Virus record (IMG/VR): IMGVR_UViG_3300021368_000010
Location: 1,333 to 65,332 of that record
DNA: 64,000 nt
Origin: a virus
Taxonomy: Duplodnaviria; Caudoviricetes
Strand: one strand, 5' to 3'
Positions 28,386 through 37,391 of the stretch are shown here, in pieces (position 1 is the first letter of the stretch; each line of letters begins with the position of its first letter). Below the pieces are notes generated by a model that worked only from the letters and a program-made list of their open reading frames with translations, was not told the DNA's origin and did not search any database. Position numbers and translations under genes: made by a program.

Positions 28386-28589
28386 TCAGTCCTTTGCTTT
28401 ATTGATCCAATGCTCAAGTTCGTTCACTCTCACAAGTTCAGCATGTGCTGCTTCCGACCGGTCATGGAGAATATCTAAGATATCATCGATGATCTCGTTA
28501 TTAACAACGTAGTCATCAAGATACTTATCCAATGCTTCTTTTAGGTATCTTTTACGATGCCACTCAGGTGAATATGGTTTGTAGTTCAT
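28386..28589 (-). CDS. Small hypothetical protein
   Basis: YKPYSPEWHRKRYL; CTAAATA upstream. Confidence 0.7.
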   Translation of the reverse strand: MNYKPYSPEWHRKRYLKEALDKYLDDYVVNNEIIDDILDILHDRSEAAHAELVRVNELEHWINKAKD

Positions 28590-28612
28590 GATAAAACCGG
28601 GAGTAAAATTAT

Positions 28613-30334
28613 TTAGCTGTCGTCAGACATGTGTGAGAAGTCATTGATCTTCTCAAACTTAATAGTCCGAAGAAACTTATCAACGAGAATCTCGCCCTTG
28701 TGTGAAATAACAAACACATTGGTATCATTTCCAAGGTTGCGAAGAATCTGAAGCAGTTCACCAGTACCAGAAGTATCTAGTGAACTATCAAACACTTCAT
28801 CCAAAATCAAAAGGTTGGTAGCGACACTGTTCTTCATGCGAGCAATTTCTCTCCATGTAAACAAAAGTGCCAGGTCAATCTTTTGTTTCTCCCCTTCCGA
28901 AAAAGAGGCATAGGAGAAATCATCTCGGAAGCGACTCTTAATAACTTCATTGAACTCTTCGTCAAGAGTAAAGTTAACGAAGAAATCCATTGATTGGAGA
29001 TACTTATTAATCAGTTGATTAAATACAGGAATATATTTTTTAATGATCTGACTTTTGATACCAGAGTCTTTCAACAATCTAGAGACAACTTCATACTCAT
29101 CTAAAGTCTTGCTCACATTTGCACAATCATTTTTAGTTTGATCGTACTCTTTTTGAATTGCAAAAAGAGTTTCTTCTTCGATATCAATATTTGGTGTACT
29201 GGATTGTAGTTTAGAAATCTCATCTTGGATGCGAAGATTTTCAAACTCAAGTCGAACATAGTCTCGATCAATCGTACTTAAATCACTTCTAAGTTCTTTC
29301 AACTTCATAGACTGTTCTGAGATTGCAGACACAATTGCTGATGCCTGGTCAATATCAGTATTGAATTGCACAATCTCCTCAGCAACAATTTTGCCACGAC
29401 CAGTTTTATTTCCGATCATCGCAAATTTGAAGTCTTTGTCAATATGTTGTTGACATGTAGGACACTCATCATGTTCTTTATAGAACTTGAGTTCTTTGGA
29501 AATCAATTTTAATTCAGACTTTTTATCTGCTTGTCCTTGGCGAAGTGACGATACAGTCTTCATGGCAGAATCATAGTCTCCCATGGAAGACTCAACATTC
29601 TTTATAGCATTCTCTACATTAGATTTTTGCGTAGTCACATCTTGCATGAGAGTGACATTCTCAGCATACTTCTTTCTCTTTTCTTCTACACGAACTGTGT
29701 TAGTATCTTTCAAAGTTTGCAAGAGTTTTTCTTGTGCTGATACTCGCTCTCCATTAAATTTGAGAAGGTGATCACAATCGCTACTTTGAGATTGAGATTC
29801 TCGAATGCGATCCTTCAGCAGAGAATTCATCGACGAGAAGATATTGATGTCGAGTAGATCTTCGATAACTTCTCGTCTGTGATGTGCGGCAAGTTGCATG
29901 AAGGGCACAAAAGTTGACGATCCGAGTATAACGACTTGAGTGAAGCTTTTGAAATTGAGTTTGAGCACTGATTGCTCCAGATACTTCTGGGTGTCTTTCG
30001 CAGCAGCGTCCTGATCGACCAGTTTATGGTTTCGATAAACTTCAAATACATTTGGTTTAATTCCTCTGAATACACGATATTCGTCTTTGCCAATTGAAAA
30101 ACGAACTTCTACTTTAGTCTCTTTTTCGTTGATACTGTTAACCAATTGAGGTTTATTAATCTTTCTAAATGGTTTGTTAAACAGCACAAAACATAAAGCA
30201 TCCAACAGAGTGGACTTACCTGCCCCATTGGATCCTACAATAAGATTAGATGGGGAATCACAGAGATTGATTTCAGTCCATTGGTCACCAGTAGATAAAA
30301 AATTCTTCCAACGAATCGATTCAAAAATAATCAT
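28613..30334 (-). CDS. g46: Recombination endonuclease subunit gp46 (SbcC/Rad50-like)
   Basis: GSNGAGKST, CPTC hook, FSEGEK, LDEVFD, ISH. Confidence 0.96.
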   Translation of the reverse strand: MIIFESIRWKNFLSTGDQWTEINLCDSPSNLIVGSNGAGKSTLLDALCFVLFNKPFRKINKPQLVNSINEKETKVEVRFSIGKDEYRVFRGIKPNVFEVYRNHKLVDQDAAAKDTQKYLEQSVLKLNFKSFTQVVILGSSTFVPFMQLAAHHRREVIEDLLDINIFSSMNSLLKDRIRESQSQSSDCDHLLKFNGERVSAQEKLLQTLKDTNTVRVEEKRKKYAENVTLMQDVTTQKSNVENAIKNVESSMGDYDSAMKTVSSLRQGQADKKSELKLISKELKFYKEHDECPTCQQHIDKDFKFAMIGNKTGRGKIVAEEIVQFNTDIDQASAIVSAISEQSMKLKELRSDLSTIDRDYVRLEFENLRIQDEISKLQSSTPNIDIEEETLFAIQKEYDQTKNDCANVSKTLDEYEVVSRLLKDSGIKSQIIKKYIPVFNQLINKYLQSMDFFVNFTLDEEFNEVIKSRFRDDFSYASFSEGEKQKIDLALLFTWREIARMKNSVATNLLILDEVFDSSLDTSGTGELLQILRNLGNDTNVFVISHKGEILVDKFLRTIKFEKINDFSHMSDDS

Positions 30335-30585
30335 AAGGGAGGGACAACAAAGTCATTAGGAGAGATTATGGTGTACTTGTATCCATAACTTTTACAATTC
30401 ATAGCAACGATCTCAGGTTCTACTTCAAGAATTTCTAAGACATCTGGATAGTCATCTGCCATTAATAATTCATGATATCTAAGTGCGTCATCTTTTTCGT
30501 CAAAACATTGGACAATCTTTTGACCGTCAAATGCATCTGCTACTGCATAAACACCACCGCTTTTCTTTTCTGTTAAGATAAACAT
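30331..30585 (-). CDS. Hypothetical protein between g47 and g46
   Basis: 84 aa, coupled at both ends. Confidence 0.7.
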   Translation of the reverse strand: MFILTEKKSGGVYAVADAFDGQKIVQCFDEKDDALRYHELLMADDYPDVLEILEVEPEIVAMNCKSYGYKYTIISPNDFVVPPL

Positions 30586-31616
30586 TAGAGTTCCAACGCT
30601 TCTGTGTACAATGACCTCATTACTGATTTGATATTTGATTTATCAACTTTTAGATCTATTTCATCTATGTAGTTATCTAGTAAGGTCATTGTATCTTCGG
30701 TTTCCAGTACCGAAGATCCTTCCGCTTCAGAACTAAGATCTTCAATAATTTTAAGATCTCCAAGGGACATTTCCTGCATTTGTTTGATGTTATGATCAAA
30801 CTTGGCGTAGTCTCCCTTGTCTTCAACAATCAGTTTGACGAAGGTTCCTTCCAGTTCTCTAGAATCTGGTAGAACAATTCCGTCATTATAATACAACTTA
30901 TGAAAAATGTCAAAGGGATTCCTGTAGAAAGTAGTCCTAAGAGTGTCCGTGTCGAACACATGGAATCCTCTTTTACATCCATAATCATTCCAATATAATT
31001 GATACGGGTTTCCGAGATATGTCACATTATCCTTTTTGGATTTCATATGATAGTGACCACTGAATACCTTCTTGAACTTTTTGAACATTGCTTTGTCCAT
31101 GCCGTTCAACATTACATGACCAGGGTGAGCTTCAAAACCGTTAAGCTCAAGATGCCCCATGCAGACAGAAGAATTACTTTCTGCAACAGCATTGAGGGAT
31201 CGCTCTCTATTTTCGTCACATATCCAAGGCAAAAGAAGAATAGGAAGACTATCAAAGCTAACGGTAGTAGGTACATCGTAGACTCTGATGTTGTCGTATT
31301 CTCCAAGTAACTCACTTGGGGCGTTAATTCGTAGAGTGTTCTTGTAGTAGATATCATGATTACCTACAAGCATATGCATTTGAACATTTCTCTCAGCGAG
31401 AGGTGCAAACCACATCTGTTTCGCAGAGTCAAGCGACATGAAGTTGATAGATCTACGCTTATCAAAGGTATCTCCCAATGCAATGACCGTAGTTATTTTA
31501 TGAGCATCAATAAAAGGAAGAACTACTTCACCATAAAATTTCTTATAATGATTAAGGAAACACTGATTATCGTTACGAACTCCAAAGTGCTGGTCAGTAA
31601 TCAGAAGTATCTTCAT
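30585..31616 (-). CDS. g47: Recombination endonuclease subunit gp47 (Mre11-like)
   Basis: TDQHFG, LGDTFD, GNHD, SGHYH. Confidence 0.96.
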   Translation of the reverse strand: MKILLITDQHFGVRNDNQCFLNHYKKFYGEVVLPFIDAHKITTVIALGDTFDKRRSINFMSLDSAKQMWFAPLAERNVQMHMLVGNHDIYYKNTLRINAPSELLGEYDNIRVYDVPTTVSFDSLPILLLPWICDENRERSLNAVAESNSSVCMGHLELNGFEAHPGHVMLNGMDKAMFKKFKKVFSGHYHMKSKKDNVTYLGNPYQLYWNDYGCKRGFHVFDTDTLRTTFYRNPFDIFHKLYYNDGIVLPDSRELEGTFVKLIVEDKGDYAKFDHNIKQMQEMSLGDLKIIEDLSSEAEGSSVLETEDTMTLLDNYIDEIDLKVDKSNIKSVMRSLYTEALEL

Positions 31617-32137
31617 CGTTTAGAGTTCATTTCAATACGAGACTTGATATGATTATAACCGGAATCTGTCTCTCCGTCAACTGTGAAGACATGATCGTAA
31701 CCTGATTTCTCAATAATCTTATCCTTAATTTCCATCTGACGCTTTTCTTTTTGAATCCTTCTTAGGAAGGCATAAAAAGCAATCTGCGTAAAATATGCAA
31801 ATGGGTTCTTAGATTTTTCAGGTTTGAAATTGGCAATATACTGAATGCAGTTTTCAATTGCATCACAAACCATATCATCCTTATACATGTAGTTGATGAA
31901 GTTTGGTTTGAATGACAAGTGTGTTGCAATCTTATGAAAACATGATCCTAGATATTCATAACATCGAACAAACTCTTTCGACGTCCTTCTATCTGGATGG
32001 TTCCTATAATATTTAATAGTTACCTTATAGTTCTCGTGTTCTAATACTTCTTTACCGTGACGAAAATAATCCCGGAGTTTGATTACATTAGAAAGAAACT
32101 CTTGATTGTCAATATAATGTTGTTTTTGTTTTTTCAT
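31613..32137 (-). CDS. g55: Late transcription sigma factor gp55
   Basis: HYIDN, KIATHLS.KPNFINY, NPFAYFTQI...FLRRI. Confidence 0.93.
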   Translation of the reverse strand: MKKQKQHYIDNQEFLSNVIKLRDYFRHGKEVLEHENYKVTIKYYRNHPDRRTSKEFVRCYEYLGSCFHKIATHLSFKPNFINYMYKDDMVCDAIENCIQYIANFKPEKSKNPFAYFTQIAFYAFLRRIQKEKRQMEIKDKIIEKSGYDHVFTVDGETDSGYNHIKSRIEMNSKR

Positions 32138-32163
32138 GCAGAAGGTTCCTTCTCTATGTTCCT

Positions 32164-32204
32164 ATTATAACACACTTGACAAGTTTGTCAAACTCTAGTA
32201 GAAT
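32164..32204. promoter_or_regulatory. Overlapping bidirectional sigma70-type promoters
   Basis: Minus TTGACA-16-TATAAT; plus TTGACA-17-TAGAAT; both -35 boxes lie in the palindrome ttgaca-agtt-tgtcaa. Confidence 0.75.
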
Positions 32205-32237
32205 AACCATGTAAGGGTTCAAGAAAACTATAGCTTA

Positions 32238-32675
32238 TTAATGATAATGACCAGGATCTTTATAGATCTTTTCTAGGAGAGTTCTGTATTGATCAATCTT
32301 TCCACGATACCCTTCGGTTCGTTCGGGATCGGTATGAGTGTCTGGTTTTGAATCATCATCGTCATCATCAGCAATAAAAGACTGATACATGAAGATAACT
32401 TCTTTACTCATCGATGCGACAGCAACAATATCTTTTTCGCGAAGAATAAAGAACTCTTCGTCAGACATTTGCATCCATTTTGAAAAACCAATTCCTTTAG
32501 CGACTTTATTTTCACTAATCTCTTTGGTGATGATTTGCAGTTGCACAGGATCTTGAATAAAGACTAAACTTTCTCCGTCATCATCTGTAAGGACTGCTCT
32601 CCCTAATACTTCTTCGCCATTAACTAGTTTGAAAATGCCGAAGAATTCTTCGTCGTGTTTTGCGTAATTAATCAT
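32238..32675 (-). CDS. Conserved hypothetical protein (possible Sm-like fold)
   Basis: IFKLVNGEEVLG; usual position between uvsW and g55. Confidence 0.75.
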   Translation of the reverse strand: MINYAKHDEEFFGIFKLVNGEEVLGRAVLTDDDGESLVFIQDPVQLQIITKEISENKVAKGIGFSKWMQMSDEEFFILREKDIVAVASMSKEVIFMYQSFIADDDDDDSKPDTHTDPERTEGYRGKIDQYRTLLEKIYKDPGHYH

Positions 32676-34143
32676 AAGCTTTTACTTTGACATCTATGAT
32701 CTCATAATTAAATTTTTCTTCGTTATATACTTTTACTCTCTCCATCAGATGATTCAGTGTGTAATTATTACCTCTGTCAGTGGAGATATCGTCTGCAATA
32801 TCATATAATGTTGCTTGTGATTTATTTTCACCTTTCCTCAGAACACGACCTATAGATTGAAGGTTCCTCACTCGGGACTTAGAAGGACTAGCGAAAATAA
32901 CATTGTGTAAGTTTTTTATATTAATTCCTGTAGAGAAAGTTCCATAAGAAGCGATAATAATTGTATCGCTAGATTGCTCTGTTAACAATCTAATATCTTC
33001 TCTATCATCTACATCAACTCCACCATGCACAAAATGCACTGAACGAGTTGTATAACTATTTATCAGTTCGTAAAGAGGTACTCCATGACGATCTACATAG
33101 TTGAAAAGGATAAGAGTGTTGCCCTTTAAATCACATGCAAGATTACGGATAAATTTATTGCGACCTTCATGCTCAATAAGATATCCGATTTCATCTTGAT
33201 ACCCTTCAAATAATTTTTCTTCGTGCTTGAGCAACACAATCTTAACTTTTAATTTAGCAACATGTCCTGCCTTCATTAATTGGTTGGTCTTTGTAACTTG
33301 AGAACATCTCCCAAAAACTCCTTCCAAAATCAATTGATTGACATTTGCTCCGTCTAATGTTCCAGTAAACCCTATTCTGTACTTGCACTCATGCAACTTA
33401 GACATCAAAGAAGTAAGAGATTTAGCTTTGAATTGGTGCGCCTCGTCACCGATGATGACATCAAACCTGTCAAACCACTTTCGAGGTTCCTTGTAGATAG
33501 ATTGCCAAGTGGTAATTACCACCTGATGATGCGTGTATTTTTCTTGCCCCGCGTATATTTTATGGCAATTTTCGGAGCACATCCAACCATATTCCTCAAA
33601 GTCTTTATACATCTGCTCGACAAGAGAGGTAGTAGGAACGACAATTAATACATTTCTATCAACATTTACATGAAATCTAACTAATGCATAAATCATTAAC
33701 GACTTGCCTGATGCTGTCGGTGATAACAGCAATCGTCTGTTATGCTTTAGTGCCTCGTATATTGCTTTATACTGATAATCCCGAACCTTCAGAGCAGGAG
33801 GTAACCCTAGAGACTTTACAAAACCTACAACAGATTCTGGAGTCACAAATCCATTCTCCTCCATAGGATGACCAAAGAATTTACATTCTTCAATCTTATA
33901 TTGATACCCTCGCTCATCTGCCCAATCTAAAAGATATTCAATGAGACCACAATATATCTCTCCTGTTGCTGGAGAATAAAGATGGATCTTCCCATCCCAT
34001 CCCTTATAGCGACGGGTCTTCTGCATAAATTTTGCCGACTCCACCTCAAAGGTAAAAAAGTCGGCAAGTTCATAATTGATGTGAGGTTCTGCTTCAACCT
34101 TTAAATAAACCTCATTCTTTTTGCGAATAACAAGATCAACCAT
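32668..34143 (-). CDS. uvsW: DNA helicase UvsW
   Basis: SPTASGKS, GDEAH, TGT, QSIGRVLR. Confidence 0.96.
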   Translation of the reverse strand: MVDLVIRKKNEVYLKVEAEPHINYELADFFTFEVESAKFMQKTRRYKGWDGKIHLYSPATGEIYCGLIEYLLDWADERGYQYKIEECKFFGHPMEENGFVTPESVVGFVKSLGLPPALKVRDYQYKAIYEALKHNRRLLLSPTASGKSLMIYALVRFHVNVDRNVLIVVPTTSLVEQMYKDFEEYGWMCSENCHKIYAGQEKYTHHQVVITTWQSIYKEPRKWFDRFDVIIGDEAHQFKAKSLTSLMSKLHECKYRIGFTGTLDGANVNQLILEGVFGRCSQVTKTNQLMKAGHVAKLKVKIVLLKHEEKLFEGYQDEIGYLIEHEGRNKFIRNLACDLKGNTLILFNYVDRHGVPLYELINSYTTRSVHFVHGGVDVDDREDIRLLTEQSSDTIIIASYGTFSTGINIKNLHNVIFASPSKSRVRNLQSIGRVLRKGENKSQATLYDIADDISTDRGNNYTLNHLMERVKVYNEEKFNYEIIDVKVKAYD

Positions 34144-34145
34144 AC

Positions 34146-34574
34146 TCAAAAACCAGCATTAAATTTCTTCCATTCGATAGCATTTTTAATGTGATATGTG
34201 CGGTTGTTTATCATCCGCAAAACACTATCTAAAAAGAAGAGCACCTGTTCTATGTAGTCCACTTTGTATTGGACCTTTTGAACATCCTCATCTGCTTCAA
34301 TGAACATAAGGATTTCTTCTTTTGTCGTAAGTTTAAGGTCGAACGGAATCTCTTTATACACAGAAGAAGGTGCCTTACCTTTGTAGTACAACCATTTTTC
34401 TTTCAAAAGTCTTTTGAGTTCTAATTCGCGATCTTTCTTCATTAGAGTATATGTATTGTGATACTCCATGTATTTCATATGAAGTTGAGGAATTTTTATA
34501 GAGTCCTCATCATGCAATGTTTCGTGAAGAACCGAATCAGTTTTCCACATCTCTTGAAGGTTTTCTAGATTCAT
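34146..34574 (-). CDS. uvsY: Recombination mediator UvsY
   Basis: IPQLHMKY, WLYYKGKA, IKNAIEW. Confidence 0.93.
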   Translation of the reverse strand: MNLENLQEMWKTDSVLHETLHDEDSIKIPQLHMKYMEYHNTYTLMKKDRELELKRLLKEKWLYYKGKAPSSVYKEIPFDLKLTTKEEILMFIEADEDVQKVQYKVDYIEQVLFFLDSVLRMINNRTYHIKNAIEWKKFNAGF

Positions 34575-34695
34575 AACGATACTTAAGTGCTTGTAAATGC
34601 CATGCTTGTGATAAACTCTTGGGTCCTTCCTTTAAAAGTTTTCTTTCTTCAGGAGTGATAACCCAATACTCTAAAATTTCTTGTTTCCAATTCAT
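34537..34695 (-). CDS. Small hypothetical protein (52 aa, MNWKQEILE...)
   Basis: Not in ORF track; ATGA overlap with the g3 stop; GPKSLSQAW motif. Confidence 0.6.
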   Translation of the reverse strand: MNWKQEILEYWVITPEERKLLKEGPKSLSQAWHLQALKYRYESRKPSRDVEN

Positions 34696-35240
34696 AAGCG
34701 TTCTGCCGAATTGACCTTTCTGAATTCGTAATACAAATATTTAAAAGTTACCTGGGCAGTAATAAATTCATTGTCCCCTCCAGTTACATCAAAAGGTAAT
34801 GTACTGAGACTGATTGGATACATGTCTCTGAATACTACATCAAAATTATTTAGATTATTGTTATTTAAAACTTGTAAGGTTGCTGCAGAAACCGATGGTC
34901 TACCTTCTCCAGGATATTCTGCTCTCCATTTAGCAGCATCTCTTTGACTAATACCACCACTGATTGCTCTCATCCAATTATGGATTTCCATATAGTTTTC
35001 TAGATTTTCATCTACAATAAATTCTACCGTAAAATCATCAAATCTAGCATTGCCCTCTACAGGTAATGGAACATGACCTCTATAATAAACTTCGGCAGTT
35101 CCAACATTAAAAGTAGGAATTGCTGCACGCTGACAAAGATACGAAACCTTTTTGGATTTCTCTAAGATCAAGACAAATCCAATCGGTGACAAATAATTGT
35201 TAGAACTTAATTGTCTTTCGTACCACTTACTTACAGCCAT
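34692..35240 (-). CDS. g3: Tail completion/sheath stabiliser gp3
   Basis: NYLSPIGF, FIVDENLENYMEIHNW, YPISLS; synteny. Confidence 0.9.
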   Translation of the reverse strand: MAVSKWYERQLSSNNYLSPIGFVLILEKSKKVSYLCQRAAIPTFNVGTAEVYYRGHVPLPVEGNARFDDFTVEFIVDENLENYMEIHNWMRAISGGISQRDAAKWRAEYPGEGRPSVSAATLQVLNNNNLNNFDVVFRDMYPISLSTLPFDVTGGDNEFITAQVTFKYLYYEFRKVNSAERL

Positions 35241-35244
35241 TTTG

Positions 35245-35856
35245 TTATGCGTTAATGTTTTCTATCCATGATGTAGAAATAAATTTCTCACCAGACAAAG
35301 GGGGAAGACCTCTATGAGTATGAGTAAAAGTTGCTGGCCAAATCAATACCTGACCTTTAACTGGTTTATACCTTTTATGCTGATATAGAAATTCGGTTTC
35401 TCCACCTTCCTCAACAGTATTTAGGTACATCATGGTTGCCATCAATCGCCGGTTAGTACCCAGAGAACCATTTTCTGCGTGCCATGCATGAAATCCTTCA
35501 CCCGGCATAGTTCTCTGAACATTTAAATATGCCTGCTGATACCTGTAATTCAACAAAGTTTCATATTCATTTACATAATGCTGTAGGCATTCTCCTACGA
35601 TTAAATTATATTCCTGCACATACTTATACCCGCACTGATGATCCAACATGAAATCCTCAGTTGCCAAACACTTGTCCTTTCTAAAATGTGCCTTTCTTTC
35701 TCCAGAGACACCGCTGGGAGTGAATATTCCAACTCGCTTAAAAGTAGCACCACATTTGTCTTGGTATTTCCAATACTCAATTAAAGGTTGTGTGTCATAA
35801 TCAGTATTGAAGATACCGACAAAATTTTCAAATTTAAAATCGATAATTCTTGACAT
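35245..35856 (-). CDS. 2OG-Fe(II) oxygenase
   Basis: FHAWHAE, YLN..EEGGETEF, WPATFTHTHRG. Confidence 0.88.
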   Translation of the reverse strand: MSRIIDFKFENFVGIFNTDYDTQPLIEYWKYQDKCGATFKRVGIFTPSGVSGERKAHFRKDKCLATEDFMLDHQCGYKYVQEYNLIVGECLQHYVNEYETLLNYRYQQAYLNVQRTMPGEGFHAWHAENGSLGTNRRLMATMMYLNTVEEGGETEFLYQHKRYKPVKGQVLIWPATFTHTHRGLPPLSGEKFISTSWIENINA

Positions 35857-35870
35857 AGTAATACAATAGT

Positions 35871-35915
35871 AAAAAATGGGGTCCGAAGACCCCAGCACTT
35901 CCTTCACACGGACAT
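35871..35915 (-). ncRNA. Candidate ~40-nt small RNA (GUGUGAAGGAAGUG plus terminator hairpin)
   Basis: Lies between two terminators; TATAAT at 35916-35921; GGGGUC-UUCG-GACCCC-AUUUUUU. Confidence 0.5.
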
Positions 35916-35928
35916 ATTATATATGCAT

Positions 35929-35954
35929 AAAAAAAGAGACCCCGTAGGGTCTCT
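35929..35954 (-). terminator. Rho-independent terminator after g23
   Basis: AGAGACCC...GGGTCTCT hairpin followed by a T tract on the minus strand. Confidence 0.88.
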
Positions 35955-35974
35955 GTGAAGTATGTGAACCAATA

Positions 35975-37354
35975 TCACATGAGGTTTGCAACCTGGACTC
36001 TTCTGTAGTAGCGGTTGCTGTTTGCAGTCAGAGCACCGGAACCTTGGGTCAGACCTTGAGCGAAGGGGTTCGAGACCATGCCGTAGCGAGTCTTGAAGCC
36101 GATCTTGGGCTGGAAGGTGTTGGGGTTGATTGCACGAACCTGCTGGAGAGGTACATAGGGGCAATAGAACAGACCTGCGTCATAGGGGCTAGTACCCTTA
36201 TAACCTGCAACATAGAAGTGCTTATCAGCAATGTTTGCAGAGTAGGGGTCAACATAGACCTTGATGCGACCGTTGAGAGTACCAACCATGGTGCTGGAGG
36301 TGTCGTCAACGCCGGTCAGGGAGTTGTTACCAGACAGAGCAGGGGTGTAATCGAGAACACCAGCCATACCCAGTGCAGAAGCAACGTCAGCAGAGCAGAT
36401 CAGGATGTTGCCCTTGCCGCGACGAGTTTGCTGACCGATAGCGTTAGCATCTCTTTCGATCTGGAACAGAAGTCCTTTGAACTTCTCAACAGACCAACGA
36501 CCATTGGAGTCAACGTCCAGGTCGAAGATACCAGCGTTAGCAGTGTTGTTCTGAGCACCAGCAACAGCGTTGGTGTAGATGGTACGAACAACTTCTCTGT
36601 TGATTTCAGCGAGGATCTCAGTAGAGAGGATGTTGCTCAGTTCCTGCTCAGCATCCAGACCATGGATTGCCTTGAGGTCTTGTGCCATCTCGATGCTGTA
36701 CTCAGCCTTCAGGGCACGAGCACGAGCGGTTACAGTGACCTTCTCGATCGAGAAGCCCATTTCACGGAACTCGCTTCCAGAGGTAGCGTCGTCCAGACCT
36801 TCAACAGTTGCAGTGGTCATGCCGGTAGCATCGCCTGCCTGCTCGTAGGTGCCGGGGGAACCATCGTTCAGAACACCGGGGTTGTTGCCCTCAGCGTCGT
36901 TGTTAGCAGAGCTAGAAGCACCAGGATCGTAGGAGGTGCCAGCACCACCAGAGAAACCTGCGTTAGGCTCGTTGAAGAATGCCTCGTCATAACCGCCAGC
37001 AGCGGGGTTACGCTCGCTACCATAGTTGGTACGCATTGCGAAGATCAGTCCAGTAGGACCAGTCATCGGTTGAACGCCAGCGATATCGTAAGCGATCAGT
37101 TGGGGCATAGAGCGTCTGATCAGGGAGATCAGAACGGGGTCGAAACCAGCGACAGGACCAGTAGCGGTATCGCCACCAGTGTAACCGGTTGTTTGAAGTG
37201 TTTCGTTAAGGATACCTGCCTCTTCGGTCAGGGCCTTCTCTTGGTTTTCGAGGAGTTGTGCGACTACGCCTTTCTTGTAGGAATCTCCGATCTCCGGCAG
37301 AGCGTCGTGTTCCAGAACGGGTGCCCACTTTTCCTGGAGTTGCTTAAAGGACAT
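35975..37354 (-). CDS. g23: Major capsid protein gp23
   Basis: GFDPVLISLIRR, GVQPMTGPTGLIFAMR, KAEYSIE, FYCPYVPL, GFKTRYG. Confidence 0.99.
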   Translation of the reverse strand: MSFKQLQEKWAPVLEHDALPEIGDSYKKGVVAQLLENQEKALTEEAGILNETLQTTGYTGGDTATGPVAGFDPVLISLIRRSMPQLIAYDIAGVQPMTGPTGLIFAMRTNYGSERNPAAGGYDEAFFNEPNAGFSGGAGTSYDPGASSSANNDAEGNNPGVLNDGSPGTYEQAGDATGMTTATVEGLDDATSGSEFREMGFSIEKVTVTARARALKAEYSIEMAQDLKAIHGLDAEQELSNILSTEILAEINREVVRTIYTNAVAGAQNNTANAGIFDLDVDSNGRWSVEKFKGLLFQIERDANAIGQQTRRGKGNILICSADVASALGMAGVLDYTPALSGNNSLTGVDDTSSTMVGTLNGRIKVYVDPYSANIADKHFYVAGYKGTSPYDAGLFYCPYVPLQQVRAINPNTFQPKIGFKTRYGMVSNPFAQGLTQGSGALTANSNRYYRRVQVANLM

Positions 37355-37391
37355 TTTATGTTCTCCGAGTTAAAGTAGTTAGGGTTTACAA

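Noticed and set aside
36044-37378. 444-aa plus-strand ORF antisense to g23
   Set aside because: Shadow of the strong codon bias of a highly expressed gene; no RBS, promoter or recognisable motif
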